The notes under the pieces: model-generated | What the model was told of the DNA's origin: nothing | The model's database searches: none | What the model saw: only the letters and a program-made list of their open reading frames with translations | From: Octopus vulgaris | Taxonomy: Eukaryota | Reading direction: 5' to 3' | Length of the DNA stretch: 64,000 bases | Assembly: GCA_951406725.2 (NCBI GenBank) | Contig: OX597815.1 | Span: forward strand, 128,340,001 to 128,404,000 | Shown: positions 14,501-27,500 of the stretch, piece after piece | How the letters are laid out: each line of letters begins with the position of its first letter | Numbering within the stretch: position 1 is the first letter of the stretch | Position numbers and translations under genes: made by a program

Positions 14501-15157
14501 ACTTCATGGGTAGGTGTTTTGTAGGCTGGTTTACTGAAATTCTTATTGCAATTATAATTCAGTCATGCATTGAAAAATAAATACAAACTCTCTTCCAAGA
14601 GTCTCAATCATAGTCACTACACATACCGGTATACATGTTTCCTGACATCACCATTGAAATCACCTGCCTATGACAGAATTTTGGAGAACTAATTGGAACC
14701 AGTTCTTTCTTATTTGCTATCGCATTGCCACTTGGTATTTGTTTGGGTTTAATTATTCTTTTGATTGTCAATTGCCTTATAATTATCCCAATTATTCCAA
14801 CCTACAGTCATTTGTATGACCTTGCAGGTCCTCAAAACAGACCTATTAACAAATGGAGTGAATTGTTTATTTGGTCAGAGACATGCTGTTGTTTTATAGA
14901 AAAAATGCTTTGAGGGGATATGTAAAGAATTAGGTTGTGAATTAGGCAACAAAGATTGTAGAAATATAATGTAAAAATGGTGTTAGAAACTAGTTTTGGA
15001 ATACTGACTTATTGTGTGGATTTTAATGGAGGTACAGAAGAAAAAAATCCATTTTCTATACCATATATAGATCATATGGTTTACTATGTAAATCTTCAAA
15101 TTATTTGTGTTTCACAATGTTGTGAAGTTTTCAATGGCATTTTGTTTATATTTTTAG

Positions 15158-15262
15158 TTTGATGATGGAGAAGTTCGATTTGATGGGAAACTTACAGCTA
15201 AAGATATTGAAACATTTGTAGTTGCTAATAAGCTACCTCTTGTTATTGAGTTCAACCAAGAA
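15158..15262 (+). CDS. P4HB: PDI exon 5: FDDGEVRFDG...NKLPLVIEFNQE
   Basis: tttttag| acceptor and GAA|gtaagt donor, 105 nt, LPLVIEF motif. Confidence 0.94.
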
Positions 15263-15570
15263 GTAAGTATAAATGATATTTAACATTAAATAAGTTTTCT
15301 ATTGCTGAGTAATTTACTTTCATTTAAAAATAGTCAAAAATATTTTAAACGAAAAATAAATTTGTGAGTTCAATGTACTGTAGAATTTTAGTGATCATCT
15401 TTCAATTTTTTCTATTTATTTTTGTACATTGAGAAAATTTTCAACAATAAGTTCGAGGTCTTGTGCACATGTAAGAAATTGATATTTCCTGTCATGCAGA
15501 AATGTTCATTAGTTTAAAGTAATATAAAGCATTTATATTTTCTTTTTTTTTTTATCTTTTTGAACAACTA

Positions 15571-16837
15571 TCAGGTTATCCCATAAGTTCTGTCTGACTT
15601 TACCTTTTTTAAAATTGAATGAAATTTAATAGTATTTTAGAATGTCTAATGGAATTAAAAATTATTTTTATGTATTTGTGTACATTTAAACTAATTAAAT
15701 ATTATTTTACAGAATAATAGTTAAAATTTCTTTGATTAAAACCCTTTCTAACATGGAAGTATCCAATGACCATTTAAAGCACATAATGCTTTATGAGTAC
15801 AAAATAGGAGACTCTGCAGCTGAAGTGACTCGAAACATACACTCAGTTTATGGGAAAGAATGCTTGAATGAAAGAACTTGCAGAAGATGGTTTGCAAAAT
15901 TCAGAAGTGGAGATTTCAACCTTGAAGATGAAGATAGAACAGGACGTCCAGTTGAGTTTGATGATAAGCTCCTTGAGGCATTACTTGAAAATCTTGCATT
16001 ATCATTTGAAGAATTGGCAATAAAGCTTAGTTCAAACCATACAACTGTTTGTCATCTTCAACAACTTGGAAAGGTTCCTAAACTTGGAAAATGGGTACCT
16101 CATGAATTGTCCGAAAGCAACTGCAAATCCCGAGTTGACATCTGCTCTTCTCTCCATTCTCGCAAACTCATTTCACCCTTTCTGGATAGACTTGTGACTG
16201 GTGATGAAAAATGGATCTTCTATCGAAATGTTAAATGTTGTAAACAGTGGCTTGATAAAAGGGAAAAAGCTCAACCACAACCGAGAAGGGAACTTCATGG
16301 GAAAAAGGTTCTCTCTATCTGATGGGATTGCTAAGGTTTAATTCACTTTGAATTGTTACCACCTAATGCAACAATCAATGCTCAAGTCTACTGTCAGCCA
16401 TTAGAGTGTTTGAACCAAGTTTTGAAGAAAAAAAGACCCACTTTAGTGAATCGAAAAGGAGTGATGTTTCATCAGGACAATGCGTAACCCCACCCTGCAA
16501 AGATCATATCACAGAAGATCAAAGAGCTTGGTTGGGAAAAAATTCCTCATCCACCTTATTCTCCCGACCTTGCTCCTTCAGACTACCATTTGTTTCGTAG
16601 TTTACTGAATCATTTGGGGGGACATAACTTTTGCAAGCCTGGAGGAGGTCGAAACTGACATTTCAGAATTCTTCGCTTTGAAACCAAATTAGTTTTACAT
16701 TGATGGGATTAAAAACCTTGTAAATAGATGGAAGGAAGTCATAGATAATCAGGGAAAGTACATTGATAATTAAATATAACATTTTATCATTTGTTTTCTA
16801 TATTCAAAATTCGGACAGAACTTATGGGATAACCTGA
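15571..16837 (+). mobile_element. Full-length mariner (DD34D) transposon, inactivated, in PDI intron 5
   Basis: 27-bp TIRs TCAGGTTATCCCATAAGTTCTGTC(T/C)GA with 1 mismatch, TA TSDs at 15569-70 and 16838-39, length 1267 bp. Confidence 0.95.
15753..16773 (+). pseudogene. Mariner transposase pseudogene
   Basis: HTH region, WVPHEL, TGDEKW, HQDNA and YSPDLAPSDYHLF motifs. In-frame stops near 16320, 16333 and 16485, plus a late frameshift. Confidence 0.92.
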
Positions 16838-17648
16838 TACTATCCAATTATCATTATTTGGGCATTGTAAAGAGGATATAACATTTTCAGACATAATTTT
16901 AATTTTTGCATAATTTTCAATATTCTGCTTATTTTTGAAATTACTTTGCACATATCTAGTTCGTTTTATAACATATCCAGGCAGACTTGTTGGAGCTATT
17001 GGTAAATGATATAAGCTGTAAGATTGTATTTGCAAATCACATTTGGCTTATAATATGTAGTATCCATGACAATATAATAAATCTTGTCAGTGATGGATTT
17101 TTCATTTAAAACGTCCATTGTTGAAGAATAACCTAAAACTGTTTTTGTGAAGTTTAAATATTTAAAAAAATATATTTGAAAATAAGTAGTGTTTCTTTAT
17201 TCTGAGAATATTATACTTATTAGAACTAAAACACAACAGTTAATATTAAGTGAAAGACTGCCAAGGTTGAATTTGATTTTCATCCCCTTGGGATCAGGAA
17301 AATAAGTATTAGTTGAACACTATGGTTGTGGCCTTGTGCCAAAATTAGAAACTAGTATTAAGTGAAAGACAATAGATTGGCAGAATCATTAGAGCATTGG
17401 ACAAAATGCAGTGTGGTATTCCTTCTAGCTGATCTGATTTCAGATCTTGTCATAATCTACTTAACTTTGCCTTTCATTTTGGGTTCAAGAAAATCAAGCA
17501 CTAATAAAGTATTATGATCAATGGAATTAGCTTACTCTTTCCTCCTACAATTTCATGCCTTGTCTGTTGGAAACTATTAATTGAAAAATTGCTAGTATAT
17601 TTCATTCATTCAACAGCTTCAAAATTAATCTTTTCTTTTATCTTTAAG

Positions 17649-17771
17649 TCCGCCCAGAAAATATTCAGTGGAGACATCAAAAACCACCTTCTATTGTTTT
17701 TGAAAAAATCTACAAAACCAGAAACTCTTCTTGATTCTTTTAAAACTGTTGCTAAAGAATTCAAAGGCAAG
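17649..17771 (+). CDS. P4HB: PDI exon 6: SAQKIFSGDIKNHLLLF...EFKGK (b' domain)
   Basis: tctttaag| acceptor and AAG|gtatgt donor, 123 nt. Confidence 0.92.
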
Positions 17772-17924
17772 GTATGTATTTAGTGCCATACATTCTTTTA
17801 GTTTATTTATTTCAGCTCTGTTGGTTTTAACTTCAGGAGTATATTTTTGTGTTTATTACATTACTTTAAGCTTTCAGTAATTTAGTTAAAAGAAAAAAAT
17901 TTCATTGAAATTCATTGTTTATCA

Positions 17925-18345
17925 TGGGCGACACAAAATTCACTGAGGCAGGTTTTCTGCAACTGGATGCCCTTCCAGTTGCCAATCTTCAGCCATTTCT
18001 GAGCGAGGTATTATTTCTCCATGATTGGATATGATTTTGCTGAAGGTAGGAAATGAACCCTGCCTGTATGACAGTGACACTTGTTTACAACTATCACACG
18101 ATGTCAAGACAAGATACACATGATTACCTTCTTTCAGTTTCTGTCTACAAATCCATTCACAAGGCTTTGGTTGGCCCAGGGCTATAGCAGACACATTTGC
18201 CCAAGGTGTCATACAGTGGGAATGAATCAGAAATTTTGGACTACTGGGGCTATAGTAGAAGACACTTGCCCTTGTTTCCACACTGAGACTGAACCCAAAA
18301 CCATAAGTGAAGAAAGCAAACTTCTTAACCACATGGCCATATTTG
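17925..18345 (-). mobile_element. SINE with family-A head and RTE-like tail, abutting the PDI exon 7 acceptor
   Basis: gacacttgccc/ggctatag head blocks (partly duplicated) plus a ctggatgcccttcc tail block. Confidence 0.7.
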
Positions 18346-18370
18346 CACCTATGAATTATTTTCATTTCAG

Positions 18371-18571
18371 GTTCTATTTATCAATATTGATATTGAAGAT
18401 GAAGACAACATGAGGATTTTGGAGTTCTTTGGTCTAAAGGAAGAAGAGTGTCCATCCATCAGACTCATTCGTTTAGATGATGAAATGTCCAAATATAAAC
18501 CACAAACCACAGACCTTACCACTGAATCAATGACAAAGTTTGTTCAAGACTTTTTGGATGGTAAAATTAAA
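18371..18571 (+). CDS. P4HB: PDI exon 7: VLFINID...RILEFFGLKEEECPSIRLI...FLDGKIK
   Basis: tttcag| acceptor and AAA|gtatgt donor, 201 nt, RILEFFGLK motif. Confidence 0.95.
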
Positions 18572-19472
18572 GTATGTAAATTTTATTATTTCTTCCCTTT
18601 ACTAAAATAGTAGAATCTTACTATAGCACCTATTTACAATAAATGGATAGGTTAAGTTCAAGTGTCCTTTCTAAGGAGACAGTATAACATTAATTGCTGA
18701 TTGGGACACTGTATTTTGTTATATAACCATATGACTATTTAAGCAGTGTGTTTCTGGATGGTTAATGGGTTGGATGTGGTGCTGAAGAAGGAGCAAAAGC
18801 TCCCAAAATATGCATATACACCCATTGCCTATTTTTCTATCTCCAATCACATTGTTTACACAACATAATAAATCAGCGCTGGCTCTAATTCCTATAGAAT
18901 ATCTGTAGAGATAGCCCATATCATACTTTTAAAAGCTATCTTTTGACCTTTAGACATTATTCTACCAATTGCTTACTGCAACAATTTAGATTTACATTTG
19001 CACTCACATAATTTTTGTTGAAGCTTTGAGTGACGAGCTTGATTAGGTGAAGTTTTCAACTTGCATTTGAAATTATTCAAGGATAATTCAAATTTTCCAG
19101 TCTGAAAGTGTCATAGTCTTTTCATCAGCTAATTTAAAATTTATTAATATCTCTTTGTTTTAATTTGGTCTTCTATACCCCTTTTCAGCAAAGGTGAAGC
19201 AGGAAATATTTAGAGAAAAAAAAATAATCGAAATAAATTCAATATTTGTTGCTTATTGTATTCAAAGAAAGGAAAATGGCTTTGGAAGCTAATTTGTAAT
19301 TGAGAAAATGACACAGAGAGAGGTACTCACATCAAAGTGAGAACATTTTATAATGTAAAATTTTCAGATAATGAGTGATTATTAGAAAAGTGTCTTTATA
19401 TTTATATAAAATGTTTTATAATTGTTCTCTTTTAAGAGAATTAATCTAGCCAATACAATATTTTTCTTGTAG

Positions 19473-19593
19473 CAACATATGATGAGTGCTGATCTTCCAG
19501 AAGAATGGGATGCTAAACCAGTAAAAATTTTAGTGGGTACTAATTTCAATGCTGTTGCCAAAGATAAGACTAAGAATGTGTTTGTTGAATTCT
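19473..19593 (+). CDS. P4HB: PDI exon 8: [22 protein letters not shown]...KNVFVEF
   Basis: cttgtag| acceptor and T|gtaagt donor, 121 nt, x-linker LPEEWD. Confidence 0.95.
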
Positions 19594-19657
19594 GTAAGTA
19601 TCATCATTTTAACATCCATGTTTTTCATGCTAATATGGGTTTGGCATGCACTATTGA

Positions 19658-20911
<1,254 letters not shown>

Positions 20912-22162
20912 ATGTTTTTTAAACATCCACTTGTCCGTGCTCAATGGATCAGACTGATTTTGTTGACATAGATTTTCTACAGCCTGTTGCCAACCCTTAC
21001 TTGTTTCCATGTGAGGCAATATTCTACCATGACACAACATATTTTCATGGAAGATTGAAAAGTGCACCATCATGCTGCTTACATGATGGTGGCACTCATT
21101 TACAACGATCAGGAAAAGTCAAGGCAAGAAATGATAAGTCTTTTGTCAGCTCAGGCCTGTTGTAGAAGACAGATGCCCAAGGTACCATGCAGAGGGACTG
21201 AACCTGAAACTGTGTGGTTGGAAAGCAAACTTCAAGCCTATGACCATGCCTACACATATTACTTACGTCTGCTTTCCATTAGGTAGAAATTTTCGAGATA
21301 TTTATCACCTCAGAGCTTAATAAAAAAAAAAAAAAAACCTCTTGCCCAGTGCTACACATCAGGAACAAATCTGAAGCCGTGTTATTTTGAAGCAAACTTC
21401 TTAATTACAGAGCCACATTTTACAAAGGAAAACTGACAAAAATCAATTTTCTTAGACAAAATATTGAAAAGTGATATAATTTTCTCATAAAATTGGGTTT
21501 AAAAAAATTTCTTAAATGTCAAAATTGCAATGGTGTATAAATTCAGAAAATGCTAAGATATTTCACTTCATTCTCTGAAATTAAGTATTGCCAATAATTT
21601 TTGTTATCCAACCACTGTTTTGCATATCAAGGATACATTTCCCAGGAACCTATGCACTGGAAAGGAAATGTTCAGTGTTACTTTTTATGTGTTTGTCATG
21701 TGACTGTGGCCATGCTGTAACTTCACCTTGAACAGTTTTAGTTGAAAAGATCAACACCTGTACTTACTTTTAAGTCTAGTATTTACTCTGTCACTCTTTT
21801 GCTGAACTGTACATTAAGTAGTGTTTGGAGGGGTACAGCTCTTCGGCTTACCACTTCCAGTCAAACTGATAATGTATATGCATGTGTAGGTGTGTATACA
21901 GTGGGCTTCCACACAGTTTCCATCTTCCAAATTCACTCACAAGCCATAGGGTCCAGGGCTAGAGAGGATACTTGCCCAAAATGCCATGGTGGAACAGCTC
22001 AAAATCTGGTTTCAAAACAAGCTTTTTAACTTTCAGATACATCATTTCTGTGACTTTGTTTTTGCATAAATCTTAATGAGAGAAGCTAAGTGCAATTGAT
22101 TTTGGATTATCTAAAGGAATTCTTTCCATTATGATTATATTTGCTACTTGTTACATTTTCAG

Positions 22163-22341
22163 ATGCTCCTTGGTGTGGCCACTGTAAGCAGTTGGCTCCA
22201 ATCTGGGATGAATTGGGAGAGAAATTCAAGGATCGTGAAGATATTGTCGTTGCCAAAATGGATGCTACTGCCAATGATTTAGAAGACATCAAAATTAACA
22301 GCTTCCCAACACTGAAATATTTTCCTAAAAATAGTGATGAG
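22163..22341 (+). CDS. P4HB: PDI exon 9: a' domain, (Y)[19 protein letters not shown]...[14 protein letters not shown]
   Basis: ttttcag|AT acceptor and GAG|gtaatg donor, second WCGHC. Confidence 0.96.
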
Positions 22342-22429
22342 GTAATGAGATTATATACTTCTAAATCTTTTTAATAGTTTTTTTTATAAAATTAAAAGAA
22401 TGCAAATTAGAAGAAAAAATACAGGTCAA

Positions 22430-22634
22430 TAGTTTGCACTTTTGCCTGGTTCTGGAAATATTTTCATGATTTTTTTTTTTATAAAGCCAAAACAAAGCAA
22501 GTTATAAGAAAAAATATAAGTTAATCATTTCTTGTTCAGGAAATATTTGAAGAAATGATTAACTTATATTTTTTCTTGTAACTAGCTTTGTTTTGGCTTT
22601 ATAAAAAAAACATTTTTAATTTCGTGCAAACTAT
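22430..22634. repeat. Fold-back palindromic element (MITE-like)
   Basis: Arms 22473-22533 and 22550-22610 (61 bp, 2 mismatches), with an outer inverted repeat TAGTTTGCAC/GTGCAAACTA. Confidence 0.85.
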
Positions 22635-23360
22635 ATTATTTTACATATTTCGTTTTAGTGACCACTACTAAATGTTATTTGTGTGTGTGAGATTATCATG
22701 TCTGCCTTTTCTATGCTGATATTCTACTGCTGGATACCTTTCTTAATGCCAACATTTGTTTTCAAGTACTGGATTTCATTCCAATGGTTTTTCACACATT
22801 GTACTAAGCTTCAAGACACTAAAGTTACTGCCGTCCAGGTAATCTCTGAAGCCACATGGCAGTAATCATGCCTGCATGTGTGCATACACAGCTTCTGTAC
22901 AATTTCTGTTTACCATATTTCACTTGAGGCTATAGTAGACACTTAAGGTGCCATGCTTGCATATGTGCATGTGTGTGTAAAAATCATTGATTCAACATCC
23001 ATTTTTCCATGTTTGCAAGTGTGAGATAAAATTTATTCAAGAAACCTTCTTTCTAAGCCAGATAATGTCATCTTAGTCATTTGAATAAGAATACTACAAT
23101 GATTGAATATATTTTCAAGGAAGATTGCAAATGAATGACATTGCTTTTATGACAGTGATATTTGTTTCCAACTATCATACACTTGCCTAAGGTGCCATGC
23201 AATGGGATTGAAGATAAACCCATGTTTGTGAAGCAAACTTCCCTACATCTCTGCTATATCTCCATATCCTTGTTTATTAAATATTTCTCTCGATCAAGAA
23301 AAGAAATTCTTTCTGTTAATAGAATTCATTTTAATAAATGTCTTTATTTCTTGTTTTTAG

Positions 23361-23441
23361 GTAATAGATTATAATGGTGCCAGAACATTGGAGAGTTTTA
23401 TTAAATTCTTAGAAAGTGGTGGAAAAGAGGGAGCTGAATTG
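23361..23441 (+). CDS. P4HB: PDI exon 10: VIDYNGARTLESFIKFLESGGKEGAEL
   Basis: tttttag| acceptor and TTG|gtaaat donor, 81 nt, VIDYNG-x-RTL and KFLESGG motifs. Confidence 0.93.
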
Positions 23442-23757
23442 GTAAATACATTATTTCTTTCAGAATTTAATTTTAATCTAAAAAAAAATATATATATATA
23501 ACCTTCTGACAGTGTTGTTAAAGTGAAACTAAATGCCTTGCTATATTTAATCATGGTACTTTGTTCTGAGTCCAAATCACACCGAGGTAAACTTTACCTT
23601 TCATTCTTTTGTGGGCTGATGAAGTAAAGTATAGGTTGAAGCACTGGAGGGTGGTTTAATCAACTTGCTTCTACCCCCAAAATTTCAGGCCTTGTCTCAA
23701 ATTAGAAACAATTATTAAGAGTGATGAATAGCATCAAACAAAAGGTCATGTGGTATA

Positions 23758-23844
23758 TGAGGGGTGTATGAAAAGTTTTGAGTCTTGTACCATGCTTTTT
23801 TTTTTTTTTTTTTTGAGGCTCAAGATTTTTCATTATACCCTTTG
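23758..23844. mobile_element. Tiny mariner-like MITE
   Basis: TA|TGAGGGGTGTATGAAAAGTTTTGAG ... CTCAAGATTTTTCATTATACCCTTTG|TA: imperfect TIRs. Confidence 0.45.
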
Positions 23845-24060
23845 TATGTTTGAAGCTATTCTACGATTTCTAATTTATTTCCATCTTCCCATATAGTATG
23901 GGTAGTGCAGAGGGATGCCTTTTTTCTTTCTTCATTTATTTTTTTTCTTAAATTTACAAATTCAGATAATTAAATATTTTACCTGTCCTATTATTTTTTA
24001 TATAATTTCCTTTTTAAAATAAGATTTAACATAACTTCCTATATTCTTTTTTACTTACAG

Positions 24061-24126
24061 GAGAGTGAAACAGCAGAAGAAGAAGAGGAGGAGGAGGAAG
24101 ATGAACACAAACATTCAGAATTATAA
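24061..24126 (+). CDS. P4HB: PDI last exon CDS: ESETAEEEEEEEEDEHKHSEL*
   Basis: ttacag| acceptor, acidic c-region, xxEL end, TAA at 24124-24126. Confidence 0.92.
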   Translation, partial: ESETAEEEEEEEEDEHKHSEL

Positions 24127-24528
24127 AATTATTATTATATCACTTTTTTGTGATCATTTCTTATTTCATCTTTTCCTGTGCAACAATGGTTTCTCTTGGC
24201 CAATTGGCTTGGCTACCATGTTGCTGCAGCAGCGATGGCCATTCATCGGACATTTTAGGCTACTACTGTCCATCACTATTTGCATTTCACACACACTTTC
24301 TCTCTCTCTCAAACTCATCTATTTCCAAATCTTTCAGCCCAGAGATATGAACCCTTTCTCAAAAATCCTATTCTTAAATGCTGCAATAACAGCATTTGGA
24401 ATCTAATTTTATTTTGTGCACTCATGTTTAACATGAGTAAAAGGACAACTTGACTCTTAACTAAACAAATTTAAACAAGCTTTTTTGTAACAAACATTTA
24501 AAAAAAATAGAAAAAAAGGGGGAAAGAT

Positions 24529-24534
24529 AATAAA
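24529..24534 (+). terminator. Candidate proximal polyadenylation signal of PDI
   Basis: AATAAA ~400 nt after the stop, followed by GT-rich (tgtgtggtg) and T-rich tracts. Other AATAAA copies occur further downstream. Confidence 0.4.
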
Positions 24535-27500
24535 TACTAATAATTCTTTCATGTGTGGTGACTCTTAAAATTTATTTTTGTTTCTAAAGAACTGTTTTCT
24601 TTTTTTTATTTTTACTTTTTCTCATTTTTTTAAAAGTCTTCCAGTGTATATTGAGATAGTGATGGACTGGCCAGTGCTGCTGCAGAGTGCTCTGATTTAA
24701 ACTGAGACTGTCTTACTGGAAACATTAGATATTCTGAATTAACTCTTTATTTTTGCTCATTTTCACTCCTTCCTCTCTAATAATAATAGGCTTCTTAATG
24801 TTCAGATACATATTTTTCTTTTTTAATACTATAAACATTTGTCATTTAATTCTAGTAGCTATTAATATCAAATTAACCACTTCAAATTAATTAATGGAAA
24901 TATTCTTGGCATCTCTGTAAGTTGTTCTAATTAGTTTTGTATAGATATCTCTTAGGAAGTATTTGTGGGTGAGGGGTTCATCTTTATTTCTGAATTTTAT
25001 CTTAAGGAAATTTATCTTTTGTTTTAGTACAGGTTAGTATAAGTAAAATTTTACATCATTACATGTTATGTTGGTTAATTTGTAAATAAGGTCATTTTGT
25101 TTTGCTTTGTATGCTTTATGCCAACTTTGGGGACATGTACTACTGCTTAAAATTTAGAATAATCCCCTATTCTTTTTATTTACTTAAAATCAAAATAGTA
25201 TCGTCTTGACAAAATCCTCATAAAAAAATTATGATAAATATCATCAGTTATTAAAATTCATTGATCAATTACCTAAAAAAGGGTGGTGGGATCTAATTTC
25301 ATCATGCCTTCATATTTTGTAAAAATTATATAAAAAAAAAAACCCCACACATAGGGTAACATTTGTTTGCAACATTCTCTATTATGAAGTAAATTTTCAA
25401 GATCTAAACATTTTGTTTGGCATAATCAAGTGGTATGGGAGGAAATAATTCACACATATCTATGAATGGAATTTCATTTAAAAATTAACCTACAATATTA
25501 ATACAAATTTCCCTTCATGTAGGGGGACTATAGAAGAACAGGATTTATCACAACCATGATCTCAAAATTCCACTTGGGTTATTTTTCTATCATCATGCAG
25601 TCATATGTGGCTAAATTTGAAATATTAACTTCACTGAAGCTAAAAAGCTTTATCACTTTTCTAAGTGGGAAGGTTTAAAAAGAAACTGTGATTGACTTAA
25701 TCATTCTTGATTCAAGTTGATGCACAAGGTACTGGAACTAGTCTATAAGAACTTACTGTAGTAATATTTTCTACCTGAATACTGCAATAAGACAGCTGCA
25801 GTTGCCTTATCTCAATTGTTTCAGGCATTGTTATTTGGTTAGATGTAAACTGTGCTCCTGTCAGTTAGGTATTGGAGATAAAACTATTTGAATATAAGTG
25901 TTTTCATAGTGTAAAATGAAATCACTTAAAAATTAGCTTTACATTTGAGGTGCACACATTATTTGTACTTGGATACATAAAGTAACAGTTGTAGAATATT
26001 TCCATATATTTTACATAATGTAAACATTATCTGGTATATGCTGGGTAGAGTGGATAGATATATATTTATCAAAGTTGACGGTCTATTCTGAGTCTCACTG
26101 TTAGCTGGGCTGTTCACTTTATACTCAGTCTGGTTGCAATATAATAAAACAGTTTTAGTTTAGAGCAAAATTCACTAAGAATTCACTTACAAACATTTTT
26201 TTAAAATATTTTATAATCATGTAATTTTCTTTGTAATTTATTTTTAACATTTTAATTTTAAGGAAGTTGTTACTTTTAGTTCAGTTGAAGTTCATGACGT
26301 CTGGACTATTTCAATTTAGAAATTCTTGGTTTATCCATATTTTAAAATATGGAAACAATTTTCCCTTGTTAAATTTCCAATTTTGCATTAAGTTTGGACC
26401 ATGGTGTAATAATGTTTCTTTTAAAAAGATAATGAAGATTAAGAAATTGAATTTTGAGGATCAAGTTTTTGCTTAGTAACATTTTTGAGAAGAATTTATG
26501 AAATTACCTCAATTTTTTTTTTTTTTTGTAAGATATGTTTTTTCTATTTTCTTCAATATTTAAAGAAAAATTTCTTTCACATTGTTACTTTAAACTGTCT
26601 TCTTTTCATGCTTATGGAACAGACTATAAGCATGTCTTGGTCTTATCTAGACAATATTTGTCTATTACTAGTTCAGAATAGATAAATCAAATTACAAGAC
26701 AAGTAAATTTCTTGTTTTCCATTTTTCAGTTCTGAAGTTTATTTCTGATGTCACAATCCTCCTTCAATTTGTTTCTCCCTAGTAGTGTGTAGTCTTAAGC
26801 TCCTTTACAAATTTCTCAGACCTGATCATATTGTGTGCATGTGAGTTTGCTCATGTGTGGACTAGCTGGTTCTTGGAAAAAAGGGCCACAGTTGAACGAT
26901 CACCTCTGCCTTAATTTATCAAGTGTATTTCTAGGTGTGACTTATCAATGGTTGGAAATTCATAAAAATTCTGTGATAGTTCTCCTTAGTGATATTGTTT
27001 TTTTCTATTTGATTTTAAATTTACTTCTGCTTCAGAACTGAATATTCCAGTCATAGAAAATCATTGAACAATGCTTTTTTTTTCTTGTTCTCCTTTTCTT
27101 CCTTTCACTAAACATTCTGCTTCTAAATACCATTTTGACTGCATTAGTCAAATTCTTTCAACTGAGGAATTTACTAAACACAAGATCGATTCTATAGTGT
27201 TACCAGATATTTTTGGCTGAAAATAAATGGGGAGGGAGATTTTTATAGCAAAATTCTATTTATGGCAAGTAAGAAAAGTAGTGTTTTCATAATTTATAAA
27301 TTATTTTTTCATTTAATAGAAAAAAAGGGTGGGGGTCAGAGGTAAAAATCACTGATGCACAAATTGAATATACTGTAAAACTACTTTATTGATGGGGGTT
27401 TCTCAAGATGCTTATTGAAATTAAAAATATCATTTATTTAAGTTTTCATGGTAACCATATTTCATAAGTGGATTACAAACTATCAAGATGCTTGAATTCA

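Noticed and set aside
14805-14845. Possible second hammerhead (tgtatgaccttgcaggtcctcaaaac)
   Set aside because: It has no intact CUGANGA or GAAA core and is too degenerate to call.
24065-24406. 113-aa ORF with K/R run and hydrophobic stretch
   Set aside because: It is an alternative frame of the PDI last exon running into the 3' UTR, and the splice phase selects the HSEL frame.
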